A stretch of DNA of 64,000 nt from Lachnospiraceae bacterium (GCA_017473905.1 JAFUJA010000031.1:10914-74913), one strand, 5' to 3'; shown: positions 29,280 through 39,485, numbered from the stretch's first letter. Numbers and translations are program-made. Notes: generated by a model not told the origin, from the letters alone.

Positions 29280-30064
29280 TTAATGTGGATTCTCTCAGCA
29301 AAAAATTTATACGAGATTTATCCAAAGATAAAAGAAAAAAGCATGGTGCTACCAAAGAAGAGTTTTATGCGGTGGACCATGTTTCTTTTCATGCTAACCC
29401 CGGTGAAATTCTGGGTATTTTAGGAGCAAACGGTGCAGGTAAAACAACTCTGCTTCGTATGCTGGGTCAGCTTATGACACCGGATGAAGGAAGCGTTACG
29501 GTAACGGACTCAGACGGAACGGTTCTGACCACTCCTTTGGAATGTAAAAAAGCAATCGGCTATCTTTCCGGGAATACAAGACTTTACCGACGTCTTACCA
29601 CAAGAGAGATGCTTATGATGTTCGGGGATTTTTATGGAATTTCCAAAGAAGAAACGGCCAAAAGAGCAGAAGAAATCATAGCGCTTCTTGATATGGAAAG
29701 CTTTGCGGATAACAGAATTGAAAGATTGTCTACCGGACAGACGCAGCGTGCGAATATTGCCCGTTGTCTGGTGCATCATCCGGACATTTATATTTTTGAT
29801 GAGCCTACATTAGGGCTTGATATCATTAGCAGCGAAGCCATCGTTTCTTTTATGAAAAAGGAAAGAGACAGGGGAAAAACCGTGCTTTATTCCACCCACT
29901 ACATGGAAGAAGCCCAGTATTTGTGCGACAGAATTGTAATGATACATAAAGGCCGCATTATTGCCACAGGTACCCCGGCAGAGCTTATGGAAGCAAGTGA
30001 AACGGATAATCTTCGGGATACCTTCCGTGCCATCATCGCAAAGGAGGGATTGGAAAATGAGTAG
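29276..30064 (+). CDS. ABC transporter ATP-binding protein (NatA-like)
   Basis: GANGAGKTT, LSTGQ, IFDEPTLGLD, STHYMEE. Confidence 0.88.
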   Translation: MINVDSLSKKFIRDLSKDKRKKHGATKEEFYAVDHVSFHANPGEILGILGANGAGKTTLLRMLGQLMTPDEGSVTVTDSDGTVLTTPLECKKAIGYLSGNTRLYRRLTTREMLMMFGDFYGISKEETAKRAEEIIALLDMESFADNRIERLSTGQTQRANIARCLVHHPDIYIFDEPTLGLDIISSEAIVSFMKKERDRGKTVLYSTHYMEEAQYLCDRIVMIHKGRIIATGTPAELMEASETDNLRDTFRAIIAKEGLENE

Positions 30065-32072
30065 AAGAAATATCTTATCCCTTTATAAAAAAGAAATTCT
30101 GGATGTTTTAAGAGATAAAAAGACATTGATTGTCATGATTTTAATTCCCCTGTTTCTTTATCCGGCCATGATGCTTGCTATGGTTTTTCTTATGAATTAC
30201 ATGAACAAGGAAAACCTTGAATCGACTTATTCCGTCGGTATTGCCGCCGGAGAAGAAAATCAGGTATTAGAGGGACTTTTAACAGACGAAGAGGATGCAT
30301 TTGAGTATCTTTTTGAAGTCACGGTATACGATAAAAAAGAAGAGCTGGAGGCAGCCTTAAGCAGGGATGCCATTCATGCATATATTGCACTGGAAGAAGG
30401 GGAAACGGTTCCGGTTTACGAAATCGGATATGATATGACAAACAACAAATCCCTTTCGGCCCAGGGATATATTTCTGAGATTTTAGATGAATATAAGGAG
30501 AAACTTCGGGTTGAACTGATACAGGAATATGTGGAAGACTATGAAGCGGTTTTGGAGCCTATTGATATTTCTTATAAAAACATGGCGTCCCAGGAAGCTT
30601 CCATGGGCTCTGTAGTTGGTATGGTTTTACCCATGATTCTAATTGTCAGCATTTTGATGGGTGCCATTTATCCGGCCATTGATGTGACTGCGGGAGAGCG
30701 TGAGAGAGGTACCATGGAGACCTTAATGACCCTGCCTGTAAAAGTGTCTGAGCTTATGACGGGGAAGTTTCTTGCAGTGTCTACAATTGCGGTGTTTTCC
30801 GCACTTTTGAATTTGCTGTCCATGACTTTTGTGGGATTGTATGTTTATACTTCCATGGATGCAGTAAGCGATATGGGATTAAATCTGGTGGATTATCTGC
30901 CGGCCGTGGGAATTTTATTGGTATGTCTCCCTGTATTTGCCCTGTTTACATCTGCAGTCTGTCTCTGCGTGTGTATTTTTGCCAAGAGTTTTAAAGAGGC
31001 GAACAATTACAGCACACCTGTGCTTCTTGTTTTTATGTTTGCTTCCATGGCAACCATTCTTCCCAACATCAATCTGGATTATAAAACGGCTTTGATCCCT
31101 ATTGTAAATATTTCTCTCCTGATAAAAGCCAATTTCGAACTGGAATTCCAGTGGCCCATGATTGGTCTGGTGATTCTTTCCAACCTTATTTATGCGGCGG
31201 TTGCAGTCTGGGTTATGTCCAAGCTTTTCTCCAGTGAAGCTGTGCTGTTCGGAGAAGGCTTCAATGGTGTAAAACTGTTTGAAAACAGACGTAATATGAA
31301 AGAAAATCAGATGCCCGGGGTAGGAGATACCATTTTAATGTTTGGTATTATGCTTCTTGTGATGATTTATGTAAGCAGTGCGGCTGTTTTAAAACTGGGC
31401 ATTTGGGGAACCGGAATTTGCCAGCTTCTGATTTTACTGGTGCCGGTGCTGTATGCATGGTATATGAAGGCTGATTTTAAAAAGTTGTTCTCCCTTTCCG
31501 CTCCGAACGTAAAACATTTGCTTGGCGGTGTTTTTATGTGGTTGGGAATTTTTCTTCTGGAACAGGTGGTTCTGGTGCTTTTATCCCAATGGTTCCCGGG
31601 AATGATGCAGACCTCGGAAGATTTGAATTCCATTATTACGGCTGCAGGATTCATTCCGGCGTTTATCGTTGTAGGGATTTCTCCTGCCATAGCAGAAGAG
31701 TTTGCCTTCCGTGGATTTTTATTCGGTACCATAAAAAACAAATGGAAACCCTGGGTTGCCATTGTGATTTCTGCCCTGGTTTTCGGCGCATATCATATGA
31801 ATCTGTTGCAGTTCATCGGCGGAACGATGATGGGTATAGGACTTGGTTATGTGGCTTATAAGTCCGGAAGTATCTGGGTCGGCGTCATGATGCATTTTAT
31901 TAACAATGGTTTATCGGTAATATTCCAGTTTTATCCTGCTGTTGCAGAAGCAATTCCCATTCTGGGTGAAGAATCTTACGGAGTGGGAGATTTGCTGATT
32001 CTTGCAGGTGTCGGTCTTATTTCCGTAAGCATTGCGCAATTTTTATACCGTGATAAGCAACAGGAAAAATAA
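30057..32072 (+). CDS. NatB-like ABC permease fused to a CPBP (Abi/CAAX) intramembrane protease
   Basis: KKEILDVLRDKKT, AIDVTAGERERGTMETL, AKSFKEA; C-terminal AEEFAFRG, FGAYH and H..NN CPBP motifs. Confidence 0.88.
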   Translation: MSRRNILSLYKKEILDVLRDKKTLIVMILIPLFLYPAMMLAMVFLMNYMNKENLESTYSVGIAAGEENQVLEGLLTDEEDAFEYLFEVTVYDKKEELEAALSRDAIHAYIALEEGETVPVYEIGYDMTNNKSLSAQGYISEILDEYKEKLRVELIQEYVEDYEAVLEPIDISYKNMASQEASMGSVVGMVLPMILIVSILMGAIYPAIDVTAGERERGTMETLMTLPVKVSELMTGKFLAVSTIAVFSALLNLLSMTFVGLYVYTSMDAVSDMGLNLVDYLPAVGILLVCLPVFALFTSAVCLCVCIFAKSFKEANNYSTPVLLVFMFASMATILPNINLDYKTALIPIVNISLLIKANFELEFQWPMIGLVILSNLIYAAVAVWVMSKLFSSEAVLFGEGFNGVKLFENRRNMKENQMPGVGDTILMFGIMLLVMIYVSSAAVLKLGIWGTGICQLLILLVPVLYAWYMKADFKKLFSLSAPNVKHLLGGVFMWLGIFLLEQVVLVLLSQWFPGMMQTSEDLNSIITAAGFIPAFIVVGISPAIAEEFAFRGFLFGTIKNKWKPWVAIVISALVFGAYHMNLLQFIGGTMMGIGLGYVAYKSGSIWVGVMMHFINNGLSVIFQFYPAVAEAIPILGEESYGVGDLLILAGVGLISVSIAQFLYRDKQQEK

Positions 32073-32135
32073 TTTTATAAAATGCTTGCATTTCCAACTT
32101 GTTTGTGGTAGATTATATCTGTTGCGAAGTAAAGA

Positions 32136-32170
32136 GATGGTCCGCTGAGCCCTTGGGCATCAAGAACATC
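32136..32170 (+). ncRNA. Ribosomal protein L19 leader (cis-regulatory RNA)
   Basis: GATGGTC-CGCTG-GCCC/GGGC-AAGAACATC stem with the CCGCUG/AAGA internal loop, just upstream of the rplS RBS. Confidence 0.75.
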
Positions 32171-32195
32171 CGATGAAAAGAAGGAGGCCCATAAA

Positions 32196-32543
32196 ATGAG
32201 CGAAATTATTAAAGAGATTGAAGCAGCTCAGTTAAAAGCTGAAGTTCCTGCATTCAACGTAGGTGATACCGTTAAAGTTTACGGTAAAATCAAGGAAGGA
32301 AACCGTGAAAGAATTCAGGTTTTCGAAGGTACTGTATTAAAGATTCAGGGTGGCAGCAACCGTCAGACTTTCACTGTAAGAAAGTTCTCCAACGGTGTTG
32401 GCGTAGAAAAGACCTGGCCTATCCACTCTCCTAACGTAGAGAAGGTTGAAATTGTACGTGAAGGTAAAGTAAGACGTGCAAAACTGAACTACTTAAGAGA
32501 CCGTGTTGGTAAGAAGGCTAAAGTAAAAGAAAAAATCAGATAA
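32196..32543 (+). CDS. rplS: 50S ribosomal protein L19
   Basis: [32 protein letters not shown]. Confidence 0.97.
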   Translation: MSEIIKEIEAAQLKAEVPAFNVGDTVKVYGKIKEGNRERIQVFEGTVLKIQGGSNRQTFTVRKFSNGVGVEKTWPIHSPNVEKVEIVREGKVRRAKLNYLRDRVGKKAKVKEKIR

Positions 32544-32588
32544 TTATTTTCAGTATGGCATTGTGCTTTATATGAACATGATTTTTCA

Positions 32589-32620
32589 GGGCAGTTACAG
32601 AAATGTAGTTGCCCTTTTTT
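32589..32620 (+). terminator. Terminator after rplS
   Basis: GGGCAGTTACA-GAAA-TGTAGTTGCCC-TTTTTT. Confidence 0.75.
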
Positions 32621-32673
32621 ATGTGAATGGGGTATACTAAAACAAGGTGTGTTTTACCAAAAGAGGACATAAT

Positions 32674-33264
32674 ATGGCAAAGAAGAAAAAAAGAAGAGGT
32701 CTTACCTTTTATGAAAAAGAGAATAAAGTAAAGCCCGGCATATGGAAAGAGGTTTTTAACTATGCTTTTTATATTGTAACGGTGATTCTGATTGCATTCG
32801 TGCTTGTATTTTTGTTCGGTATGCGTGTCAGCACAATCGGAGTTTCCATGGAGCCTACATTGACCCACGGACAGGAGGTTTTTGTGAACCGGATTTCTTA
32901 CCTTATGTTTCAGCCGAAGGTGGGAGATGTGGTGGTTTTCAGACCAAACGGAAACGAAAAATCCCATTATTACATTAAAAGAGTTGTAGCGACTCCCGGG
33001 GATACGGTTCAGGTGAAAAACGGTACTTTGTATGTAAATAACGAAGAGGTCACCGTATTTGATTATGATAAAATAGAAAACGCGGGTCTGGCGGAAAATG
33101 CCTATCTCTTAGGAGAAAAGGAATTCTTTGTAATGGGAGATAACTGTAACAACAGTGAAGACAGCCGTTCGGGAAATATCGGCTCGGTACACAGAGACGA
33201 TATTGTTGGCCGGGCATGGTTCCGGTTTGCAAAGGAAAACATTCCCTTGGGACTGATAGATTAA
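32674..33264 (+). CDS. lepB: Signal peptidase I
   Basis: GVSMEPTL (Ser), YIKRVVATPGD (Lys), MGDN.NNSEDSR. Confidence 0.92.
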   Translation: MAKKKKRRGLTFYEKENKVKPGIWKEVFNYAFYIVTVILIAFVLVFLFGMRVSTIGVSMEPTLTHGQEVFVNRISYLMFQPKVGDVVVFRPNGNEKSHYYIKRVVATPGDTVQVKNGTLYVNNEEVTVFDYDKIENAGLAENAYLLGEKEFFVMGDNCNNSEDSRSGNIGSVHRDDIVGRAWFRFAKENIPLGLID

Positions 33265-33285
33265 AGAGACAGGAAGGTAGAAAAG

Positions 33286-34176
33286 ATGAATTACCAGTGG
33301 TATCCCGGTCATATGACCAAAGCAAAGCGTATGATGCAGGAGAATATAAAACTGATTGATTTATGTATCGAATTGGTGGATGCAAGAACGCCTCTCGCAA
33401 GCCGCAATCCGGATATTGATGAATTGGGTAAAAACAAATCCAGAATGATTCTTTTGAACAAATCGGATTTAGCCGATATAGAATGTAACAAACAGTGGAT
33501 GGATTATTTTACTTCCAAAGGATATTTTGTTGTGGAAGTAAATTCCCAGCGCGGTGTGGGAATGAAGCAGATTGAAGCAACCGTACAGAAGGCTTGCAGT
33601 GAAAAAATCGAGCGAGACCGGCGCAGAGGTATTTTAAACAGACCTGTCCGGGCAATGGTTGTCGGAATTCCCAACGTGGGCAAGTCTACGTTTATCAATT
33701 CCTTTGCGGGCAAGGCATGTACCAAAACAGGAAATAAACCGGGCGTAACCAAGGGAAAACAGTGGATTAAGCTGAATAAAAATCTGGAACTTTTGGATAC
33801 ACCGGGTATTTTATGGCCAAAATTTGAAGATCAGAGAATCGGTTTGCTTCTTGCGTTAATCGGTTCCATTAATGATGATGTGCTGCAGATGGAAGAGCTG
33901 GCAGTGGAACTTCTTGTATTGCTTCGGGACAGATATCCTTCTCTTTTAAAAGAACGTTACGGTATTGATATTCCTGCCGAAACGGTGGATGGCAAAGCGG
34001 AGAAAGAGCGTGTTGCGGGAGAAATTTTGCAGGAAATTGCCAAAGTACGCAAATGCTTCTCAAAGGGAGAGGAATTAGATTTGCGTAAAGCATCTGCCCT
34101 TGTGATGGATGATTTCAGGGCAGGTCGTATCGGTAGAATTACATTGGAAAGGCCGGATGATTATCATGAAGAATAA
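33286..34176 (+). CDS. rbgA: Ribosome biogenesis GTPase RbgA (YlqF)
   Basis: QWYPGHM, NKSDL, GIPNVGKST, PGVTK, DTPG. Confidence 0.95.
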   Translation: MNYQWYPGHMTKAKRMMQENIKLIDLCIELVDARTPLASRNPDIDELGKNKSRMILLNKSDLADIECNKQWMDYFTSKGYFVVEVNSQRGVGMKQIEATVQKACSEKIERDRRRGILNRPVRAMVVGIPNVGKSTFINSFAGKACTKTGNKPGVTKGKQWIKLNKNLELLDTPGILWPKFEDQRIGLLLALIGSINDDVLQMEELAVELLVLLRDRYPSLLKERYGIDIPAETVDGKAEKERVAGEILQEIAKVRKCFSKGEELDLRKASALVMDDFRAGRIGRITLERPDDYHEE

Positions 34177-34711
34177 AGTTTTAAAAGAAGTTTTAGAGAC
34201 AAGTGTATATATTCTTATTGTGCTTGTTGTGTCTCTTTTCGTGGTGTATTTTGTGGGACAGCGTACCATCGTTGAAGGCGACAGCATGAATGATACATTG
34301 ATTGACGGAGACAACCTGATTGTGGATAAAATCACTTACCGTTTCTCTGACCCGAAGCGGTTTGATGTTGTGGTATTTCCTTTTAAGGGAAATCCACAGA
34401 AGCAGTATATTAAAAGAATCATCGGTTTGCCCGGAGAAACGGTAAAAATTGATGAAAAGGGAACCATATATATTAATGGCGAAGTGCTGGAAGAAGATTA
34501 CGGAAAAGAAACCATTCTGAATCCGGGCCGTGCCGCTACGGAAATTGTTTTAGGGGATGAAGAATATTTTGTTCTTGGAGATAACCGGAACAATTCCAGC
34601 GACAGCCGTGCCATTGAGGTAGGAAATATCAAACGGGAAGAAATTACCGGCCGTGCATGGGTGCGAATTTTCCCTTTTGATTCCATGGGGTTTGTAAAAA
34701 ACATGCATTAA
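34166..34711 (+). CDS. lepB: Signal peptidase I (second paralogue)
   Basis: GDSM, YIKRIIGLPGE, LGDNRNNSSDSR. Confidence 0.92.
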   Translation: MKNKVLKEVLETSVYILIVLVVSLFVVYFVGQRTIVEGDSMNDTLIDGDNLIVDKITYRFSDPKRFDVVVFPFKGNPQKQYIKRIIGLPGETVKIDEKGTIYINGEVLEEDYGKETILNPGRAATEIVLGDEEYFVLGDNRNNSSDSRAIEVGNIKREEITGRAWVRIFPFDSMGFVKNMH

Positions 34712-34738
34712 ATACATAAAAGAAACGGATGATACAAT

Positions 34739-35500
34739 ATGGAAAAAAGTATTTCAGCCATAAAAGAAGAATTCAGTCGTGCAACCGAACCGGAAGCATG
34801 GAGTGCTTTTATTCATGATTATGAGGCGGATGAACGCAAAGGCGTGCAGAGCCTGATTCAGTCTGCCAAAAAGAATATTGCAGCGCTGGAGAAAGAGATT
34901 GCCCGTACAGAACAGATGAAGAAGTATGAAAAAGAATACGCTTCCTTTGGTGCAGTATGCGGTATTGATGAAGTGGGACGGGGCCCCTTTGCCGGACCTG
35001 TGGTTGCCTGCGCGGTGATTCTTCCGAAGGATTCACAAATCCTGTATTTAAACGATTCCAAGAAGCTTTCCGAGAAAAAAAGAGAGGAATTGTATGATGT
35101 GATTCTGAAAGAATGTGTTGCGTACGGAATCGGAATGCGGGATGCGGGAAGAATTGATGAAATCAATATTTTACAGGCTACCTACGAAGCCATGCGGGAT
35201 GCGGTTAACAACCTTACCGTAAAACCCGGCGTTTTATTAAACGATGCGGTTACCATTCCCGGACTCACAATGAAACAGGTACCCATCATAAAAGGAGATG
35301 CCAAAAGTGTTTCCATTGCGGCAGCAAGTATTGTTGCTAAAGTCACAAGAGACCGGATGATGGTGGAGTATGACAGGCAGTATCCCGGTTACGGATTTGC
35401 GGCTAACAAGGGATATGGAACGGCTGAACACATTCAGGCATTGCAGACCATAGGAGTTACACCGATTCACAGAAGAAGTTTTATCGGTAATTTTATATAA
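34739..35500 (+). CDS. rnhB: Ribonuclease HII
   Basis: GIDEVGRGP.AGPV, DSKKL, KGDAKS.SIAAASI.AKV.RD, HRRSF. Confidence 0.96.
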   Translation: MEKSISAIKEEFSRATEPEAWSAFIHDYEADERKGVQSLIQSAKKNIAALEKEIARTEQMKKYEKEYASFGAVCGIDEVGRGPFAGPVVACAVILPKDSQILYLNDSKKLSEKKREELYDVILKECVAYGIGMRDAGRIDEINILQATYEAMRDAVNNLTVKPGVLLNDAVTIPGLTMKQVPIIKGDAKSVSIAAASIVAKVTRDRMMVEYDRQYPGYGFAANKGYGTAEHIQALQTIGVTPIHRRSFIGNFI

Positions 35501-35577
35501 GCATATAAATATAGTTCCGGTAAAATATTGCGTTTAGAGAGATTTTTTTATTCACTTAGAAGAAGGGAGGGTGCGGC

Positions 35578-37353
35578 ATGTCAGTACAGTGGAGTAATTA
35601 CGGAACCTATACAAGAACAACAGGCGTAAACGCTGCGAATACACAAAGTGTAACCGTTCCCCCTTCTGCCAATAACAATGCTCTTTTGAGAGGCATGACA
35701 CCGGGAGAAACCCTTCAGGGAGAAATTGTTTCCGTCAAAGGAAATGAGGCGGAAATCCGCATCGGAGAAAATTCCGTTATCACAGCCAGATTAGGCGGAG
35801 ATATGGATATCGGTGTGGGACAGAAAATTTATTTTGAAGTACAAAACGGCGGAAGCGGACAGATTGCCCTTCGTGCCCTTTTTACGAATCTTACGGGCGA
35901 AGGCCTTACGGGAACTGCTCTTGAGGCTGCGAATTTGCCGGTAAATTCCACGTCGGTTGCCCTGGTTGAGCAATTGATGCAACAAGGGATGTCTATTGAT
36001 AAAAATGCCCTGCAGGGACTGTATCGTGATGCGGTACAATTTCCGGAAGCATCTCCGGCCGAGCTGGTTATGATGCATAAAATGGGACTGGAGGCGACGC
36101 CTTCAAATGTGCAGCAGTTTCAGGCACTCTGCAACTACGAAGAGAGGCTTGCTACAACATTACAGGATATCATGGATGCTCTTCCGGGAGAAATTTCTTC
36201 ACTCGCCGCCAAAGGAGACGGAGAGCAGGCAATGGCATTAAGCCGTGATGTGATTCAGTTCATTGCAGAATATGAAATGGCACAAAGTGGTAAAAATACA
36301 ATGGTTTCCCAAACTGCCGAAGGTGTGGTTGCTCCAGAACAGCCTTCATTACAGGAAATGCCGGACGGTCAGGGAAAGACTGTCGTAACGGAAAACGGCT
36401 TGCCGGTCACAGCGGAAGGTGCGGACGGGGAAGGTGCAGTTCGTCAGGTAATACAGGAAAACGACCGGGTTTTAATGGAACTCGTCGGTAAAAACGGAGA
36501 AGTGACCGAAAACAGCGGACAAAATGCTTTTACAGGTATTTTGACAGGAGAGGAACTGGCACGGTTTACTTCATTGCTGGAAGGACAGAAAGGGTTTGAA
36601 AGCATCCTTGCGGGAATCAAAGACGGTTCTTTGGAAGTCGGAGAGTTTTTTAAATTGCTGGGACAGCAACTTTCAGACAATCAAATCGGTCAGGATGCTG
36701 TGATGAAGCTTTTTGAAGACAAAGGCTTCAGTAAACTGGTAGGAAAAGAACTTCAGCAGGCCTGGTTACTTTCACCGGGAGAAGTGGAAAAGGGAGAAAA
36801 TATTTCGGATTTTTATACAAGATTAAATCGTCAGGTGCAAACCATTGCCGATTCCATGGCAAAGTCATTTGCGGCATCCGATGCTCTGAGTCAGAATATC
36901 AGCCAGTTTAAGGAAAATGTGGATTTTTTAAATCAGTTAAACCAGCTTGTTCCCTATGTACAGCTGCCCCTGAAAATGAACGGACAATCCGCAACAGGAG
37001 ACTTATATGTGTTTGCGGATAAAAAGAGTCTGGCAGAAAAGACGGAAAACATTACCGCATCCCTTCATCTGGACATGCAGTATCTTGGTCATGTGGATGT
37101 GTTTGTGACGTTAAACAATTCCAAGGTAAGTACGGAATTTAAAGTACAGGATGAAGCAACCCTGGATTTCCTTATGAACCATATAGATATACTGAATGAA
37201 CGCTTGCAAAAGCGTGGTTATGATATGAAGGCGGAAGTGAAAATTGCCCCCGGTCCCGGTTCCGTAAAGACGGATTTGTTCCCGGAACCCGTGGATGAGA
37301 GCAGGGAAAAGGATAAAATGATTGAGACCCTTCGTTTTGATGTTCGTGCATAG
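35578..37353 (+). CDS. Flagellar hook-length control FliK-like protein (YlqG position)
   Basis: C-terminal YVQLPLK...LHLDMQYLGHVDVFV...LNERLQKRGY...FDVRA; between rnhB and an FlhB-like gene. Confidence 0.75.
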   Translation: MSVQWSNYGTYTRTTGVNAANTQSVTVPPSANNNALLRGMTPGETLQGEIVSVKGNEAEIRIGENSVITARLGGDMDIGVGQKIYFEVQNGGSGQIALRALFTNLTGEGLTGTALEAANLPVNSTSVALVEQLMQQGMSIDKNALQGLYRDAVQFPEASPAELVMMHKMGLEATPSNVQQFQALCNYEERLATTLQDIMDALPGEISSLAAKGDGEQAMALSRDVIQFIAEYEMAQSGKNTMVSQTAEGVVAPEQPSLQEMPDGQGKTVVTENGLPVTAEGADGEGAVRQVIQENDRVLMELVGKNGEVTENSGQNAFTGILTGEELARFTSLLEGQKGFESILAGIKDGSLEVGEFFKLLGQQLSDNQIGQDAVMKLFEDKGFSKLVGKELQQAWLLSPGEVEKGENISDFYTRLNRQVQTIADSMAKSFAASDALSQNISQFKENVDFLNQLNQLVPYVQLPLKMNGQSATGDLYVFADKKSLAEKTENITASLHLDMQYLGHVDVFVTLNNSKVSTEFKVQDEATLDFLMNHIDILNERLQKRGYDMKAEVKIAPGPGSVKTDLFPEPVDESREKDKMIETLRFDVRA

Positions 37354-37376
37354 GCGCAGGGCGGCAAAGGAGCAGC

Positions 37377-37676
37377 ATGGAGAATAAAAAGGTTAAAAGA
37401 AAACAGGCAATTGCTCTTGAATATAATCCTTCGGAAGACGCACCGAAAGTCATCGCATCCGGTCAGGGAGCACTGGCAGAGCGTATCATAGAAAAGGCGA
37501 AGGAGAGCAACGTGCCCCTTCACCGGGATGATAAGCTGGCGGATACCCTTTCAAGACTGGAAATCGGTGAAATGATACCACCTGAGTTATATGAGGTTGT
37601 AGCGGAAATTCTTGTTTTTGTGGATGCCATGGATAAAATACGGCAGAAAGAAATCGAACGGGGTAAGAAAAATTAA
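37377..37676 (+). CDS. EscU/YscU/FlhB C-terminal-like export switch protein (YlqH)
   Basis: AIALEY...APKVIASG.G.LAERII..A, IPPELYEVVAEIL. Confidence 0.9.
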   Translation: MENKKVKRKQAIALEYNPSEDAPKVIASGQGALAERIIEKAKESNVPLHRDDKLADTLSRLEIGEMIPPELYEVVAEILVFVDAMDKIRQKEIERGKKN

Positions 37677-38031
37677 GGATAATAAAAGAACAACAGGTAC
37701 AAAATATGAACAAAGAGCCCGTGCTTTTCTGGAGGAGAACGGTGTAAAAATACTGGAGCAGAATTTCAGAAACCGGATTGGGGAAATTGATTTAATCGGA
37801 CGGGACGGAGAGTATCTGGTTTTTTTTGAAGTGAAATACAGAAAAGACGACAAATGCGGATCACCGGCAGAAGCGGTAACCTATCAGAAACAGAAGACAA
37901 TCTGCAAGGTATCGGATTTTTACAGGGTAAAAATGGGAATCGGAGAATTCAGTCCCATGCGATATGATGTCATATCCATTTGCGGTGAAGAACTTCATTG
38001 GATAAAAAACGCATTTGATTACAGATATTAG
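37612..38031 (+). CDS. YraN family (UPF0102) putative endonuclease; start uncertain
   Basis: G.KYE..A..FL, ILEQNFR...GEIDLI, FFEVKYR, RYDVI, WIKNAF. Confidence 0.88.
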   Translation: MFLWMPWIKYGRKKSNGVRKIKDNKRTTGTKYEQRARAFLEENGVKILEQNFRNRIGEIDLIGRDGEYLVFFEVKYRKDDKCGSPAEAVTYQKQKTICKVSDFYRVKMGIGEFSPMRYDVISICGEELHWIKNAFDYRY

Positions 38032-38032
38032 A

Positions 38033-38440
38033 CTACAGCTTAACGTTAAATAATTTAAAAGCCTGTCGCAGGAATGCATCCATTGCTTCGTCGGATACTT
38101 CGTTTGCGGCTGTATTGGTTGCAGACACATCAACAAGAGCCTGAGGCTCAGGCATTGATTTTATCTTTTCATTTAAGTGAATGGGAGTTGCTTTGAAAGA
38201 AGACTCAGCACCGGAAATTCGGGGCAGGAAGGCTTCTTTTTTGTAAAACATACCCGAAGCTTTGATTTGGGAAGCAGCGGAATCCGTTTTGGTAAAAGAA
38301 GCTGAAGGTTCATTGCCCGCGTCGGAACCGGAGGTGACTTTGGGAAGAGAAGTTTCTTCCGGTGTCATCTGTGTTACGTTCTCGGCAGAAGGATAGGAAA
38401 TCTGCGTATAATCATATAAAAAACGGTTATCTATCTGCAT
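38033..38440 (-). CDS. Hypothetical small Ser/Thr/Ala-rich protein
   Basis: 135-codon ORF with AAAGGAG RBS 7 nt upstream; fills the yraN-cysK gap. Confidence 0.65.
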   Translation of the reverse strand: MQIDNRFLYDYTQISYPSAENVTQMTPEETSLPKVTSGSDAGNEPSASFTKTDSAASQIKASGMFYKKEAFLPRISGAESSFKATPIHLNEKIKSMPEPQALVDVSATNTAANEVSDEAMDAFLRQAFKLFNVKL

Positions 38441-38549
38441 TTTTCTTCTCCTTTCTTATCATTCAGGCAAGTCCTGTACGGATATTATCGTCTTTTTTTA
38501 GGGAAAAGTAAAGAATAATTATGCAAAAATTCCTGGAGGAACATGTAAA

Positions 38550-39485
38550 ATGTGCAAAATTTATACATCAGTTGAAGAATTAATCGGAAAAACACCTTTG
38601 ATTGAGCTTTCTAATTTCCGCCGTGCGTACGGATTGCAGGGAAGAATTCTGGGTAAGGTGGAATTTTATAATCCTGCGGGTTCGGTAAAAGACCGTGTGG
38701 CGAAAAAAATGCTGGACGATGCGGAAGAAAAAGGGCTTATAAATCAGGATTCCGTGATTATTGAACCCACTTCCGGTAATACGGGAATCGGTCTGGCACT
38801 GATTGCCTCCGCAAGAGGATATCAGGCAATTATTGTTATGCCGGAAAATATGTCTGAGGAGCGTAAAGTGATGATGAAGCTTTACGGTGCAAAGCTTGTT
38901 CTGACTCCGGCCGGGGAAGGGATGAAAGGAGCCATTGCCAAGGCAAAGGAGCTTGCGAAGGAAATTCCCAATGCATTCATACCGGATCAGTTCGGGAATC
39001 CCGCCAATTCCAAAGCACACTATGAAACTACGGGTCCTGAAATATACCGGGATACGGACGGAGGAGTGGATGCTTTCGTGGCGGGAATCGGAACAGGCGG
39101 AACCATAACAGGTGTAGCACAGTTTTTAAAAGAAAAAAACAAGGATATTTTTATTGCCGGGGCAGAGCCTGCAGGTTCCCCTTTTTTAACAGAAGGAAAG
39201 AGCGGAGCCCATGGCATTCAGGGAATCGGAGCGGGATTTTGTCCGGAGGTATTAAAAAAAGACCTTGTGGATAAGGTCTTTCCCATAAAAGATGAGGATG
39301 CGTATTCCTGCGCAAGAGATTTGTGCCGGCTGGAAGGTCTGCTTGTGGGAATTTCTTCCGGTGCTGCCTTACGTGCGGCGGTTGAACTGGCAAAACAGGA
39401 AAATATGAAGGATAAAACAATTGTGGTATTGCTTCCCGATACGGGAATGCGGTATTTATCCACACCCATGGCGGAGCTGAATTAA
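38550..39485 (+). CDS. cysK: Cysteine synthase A
   Basis: NPAGSVKDR, EPTSGNTGIGLA, GIGTGGT, HGIQGIGAGF, PDTG.RYLST. Confidence 0.95.
   Translation: MCKIYTSVEELIGKTPLIELSNFRRAYGLQGRILGKVEFYNPAGSVKDRVAKKMLDDAEEKGLINQDSVIIEPTSGNTGIGLALIASARGYQAIIVMPENMSEERKVMMKLYGAKLVLTPAGEGMKGAIAKAKELAKEIPNAFIPDQFGNPANSKAHYETTGPEIYRDTDGGVDAFVAGIGTGGTITGVAQFLKEKNKDIFIAGAEPAGSPFLTEGKSGAHGIQGIGAGFCPEVLKKDLVDKVFPIKDEDAYSCARDLCRLEGLLVGISSGAALRAAVELAKQENMKDKTIVVLLPDTGMRYLSTPMAELN

Noticed and set aside
32674-34711. Two signal peptidase I genes flanking rbgA as a novelty
   Set aside because: Multiple lepB paralogues at the rplS-rbgA-rnhB locus are common in Clostridia
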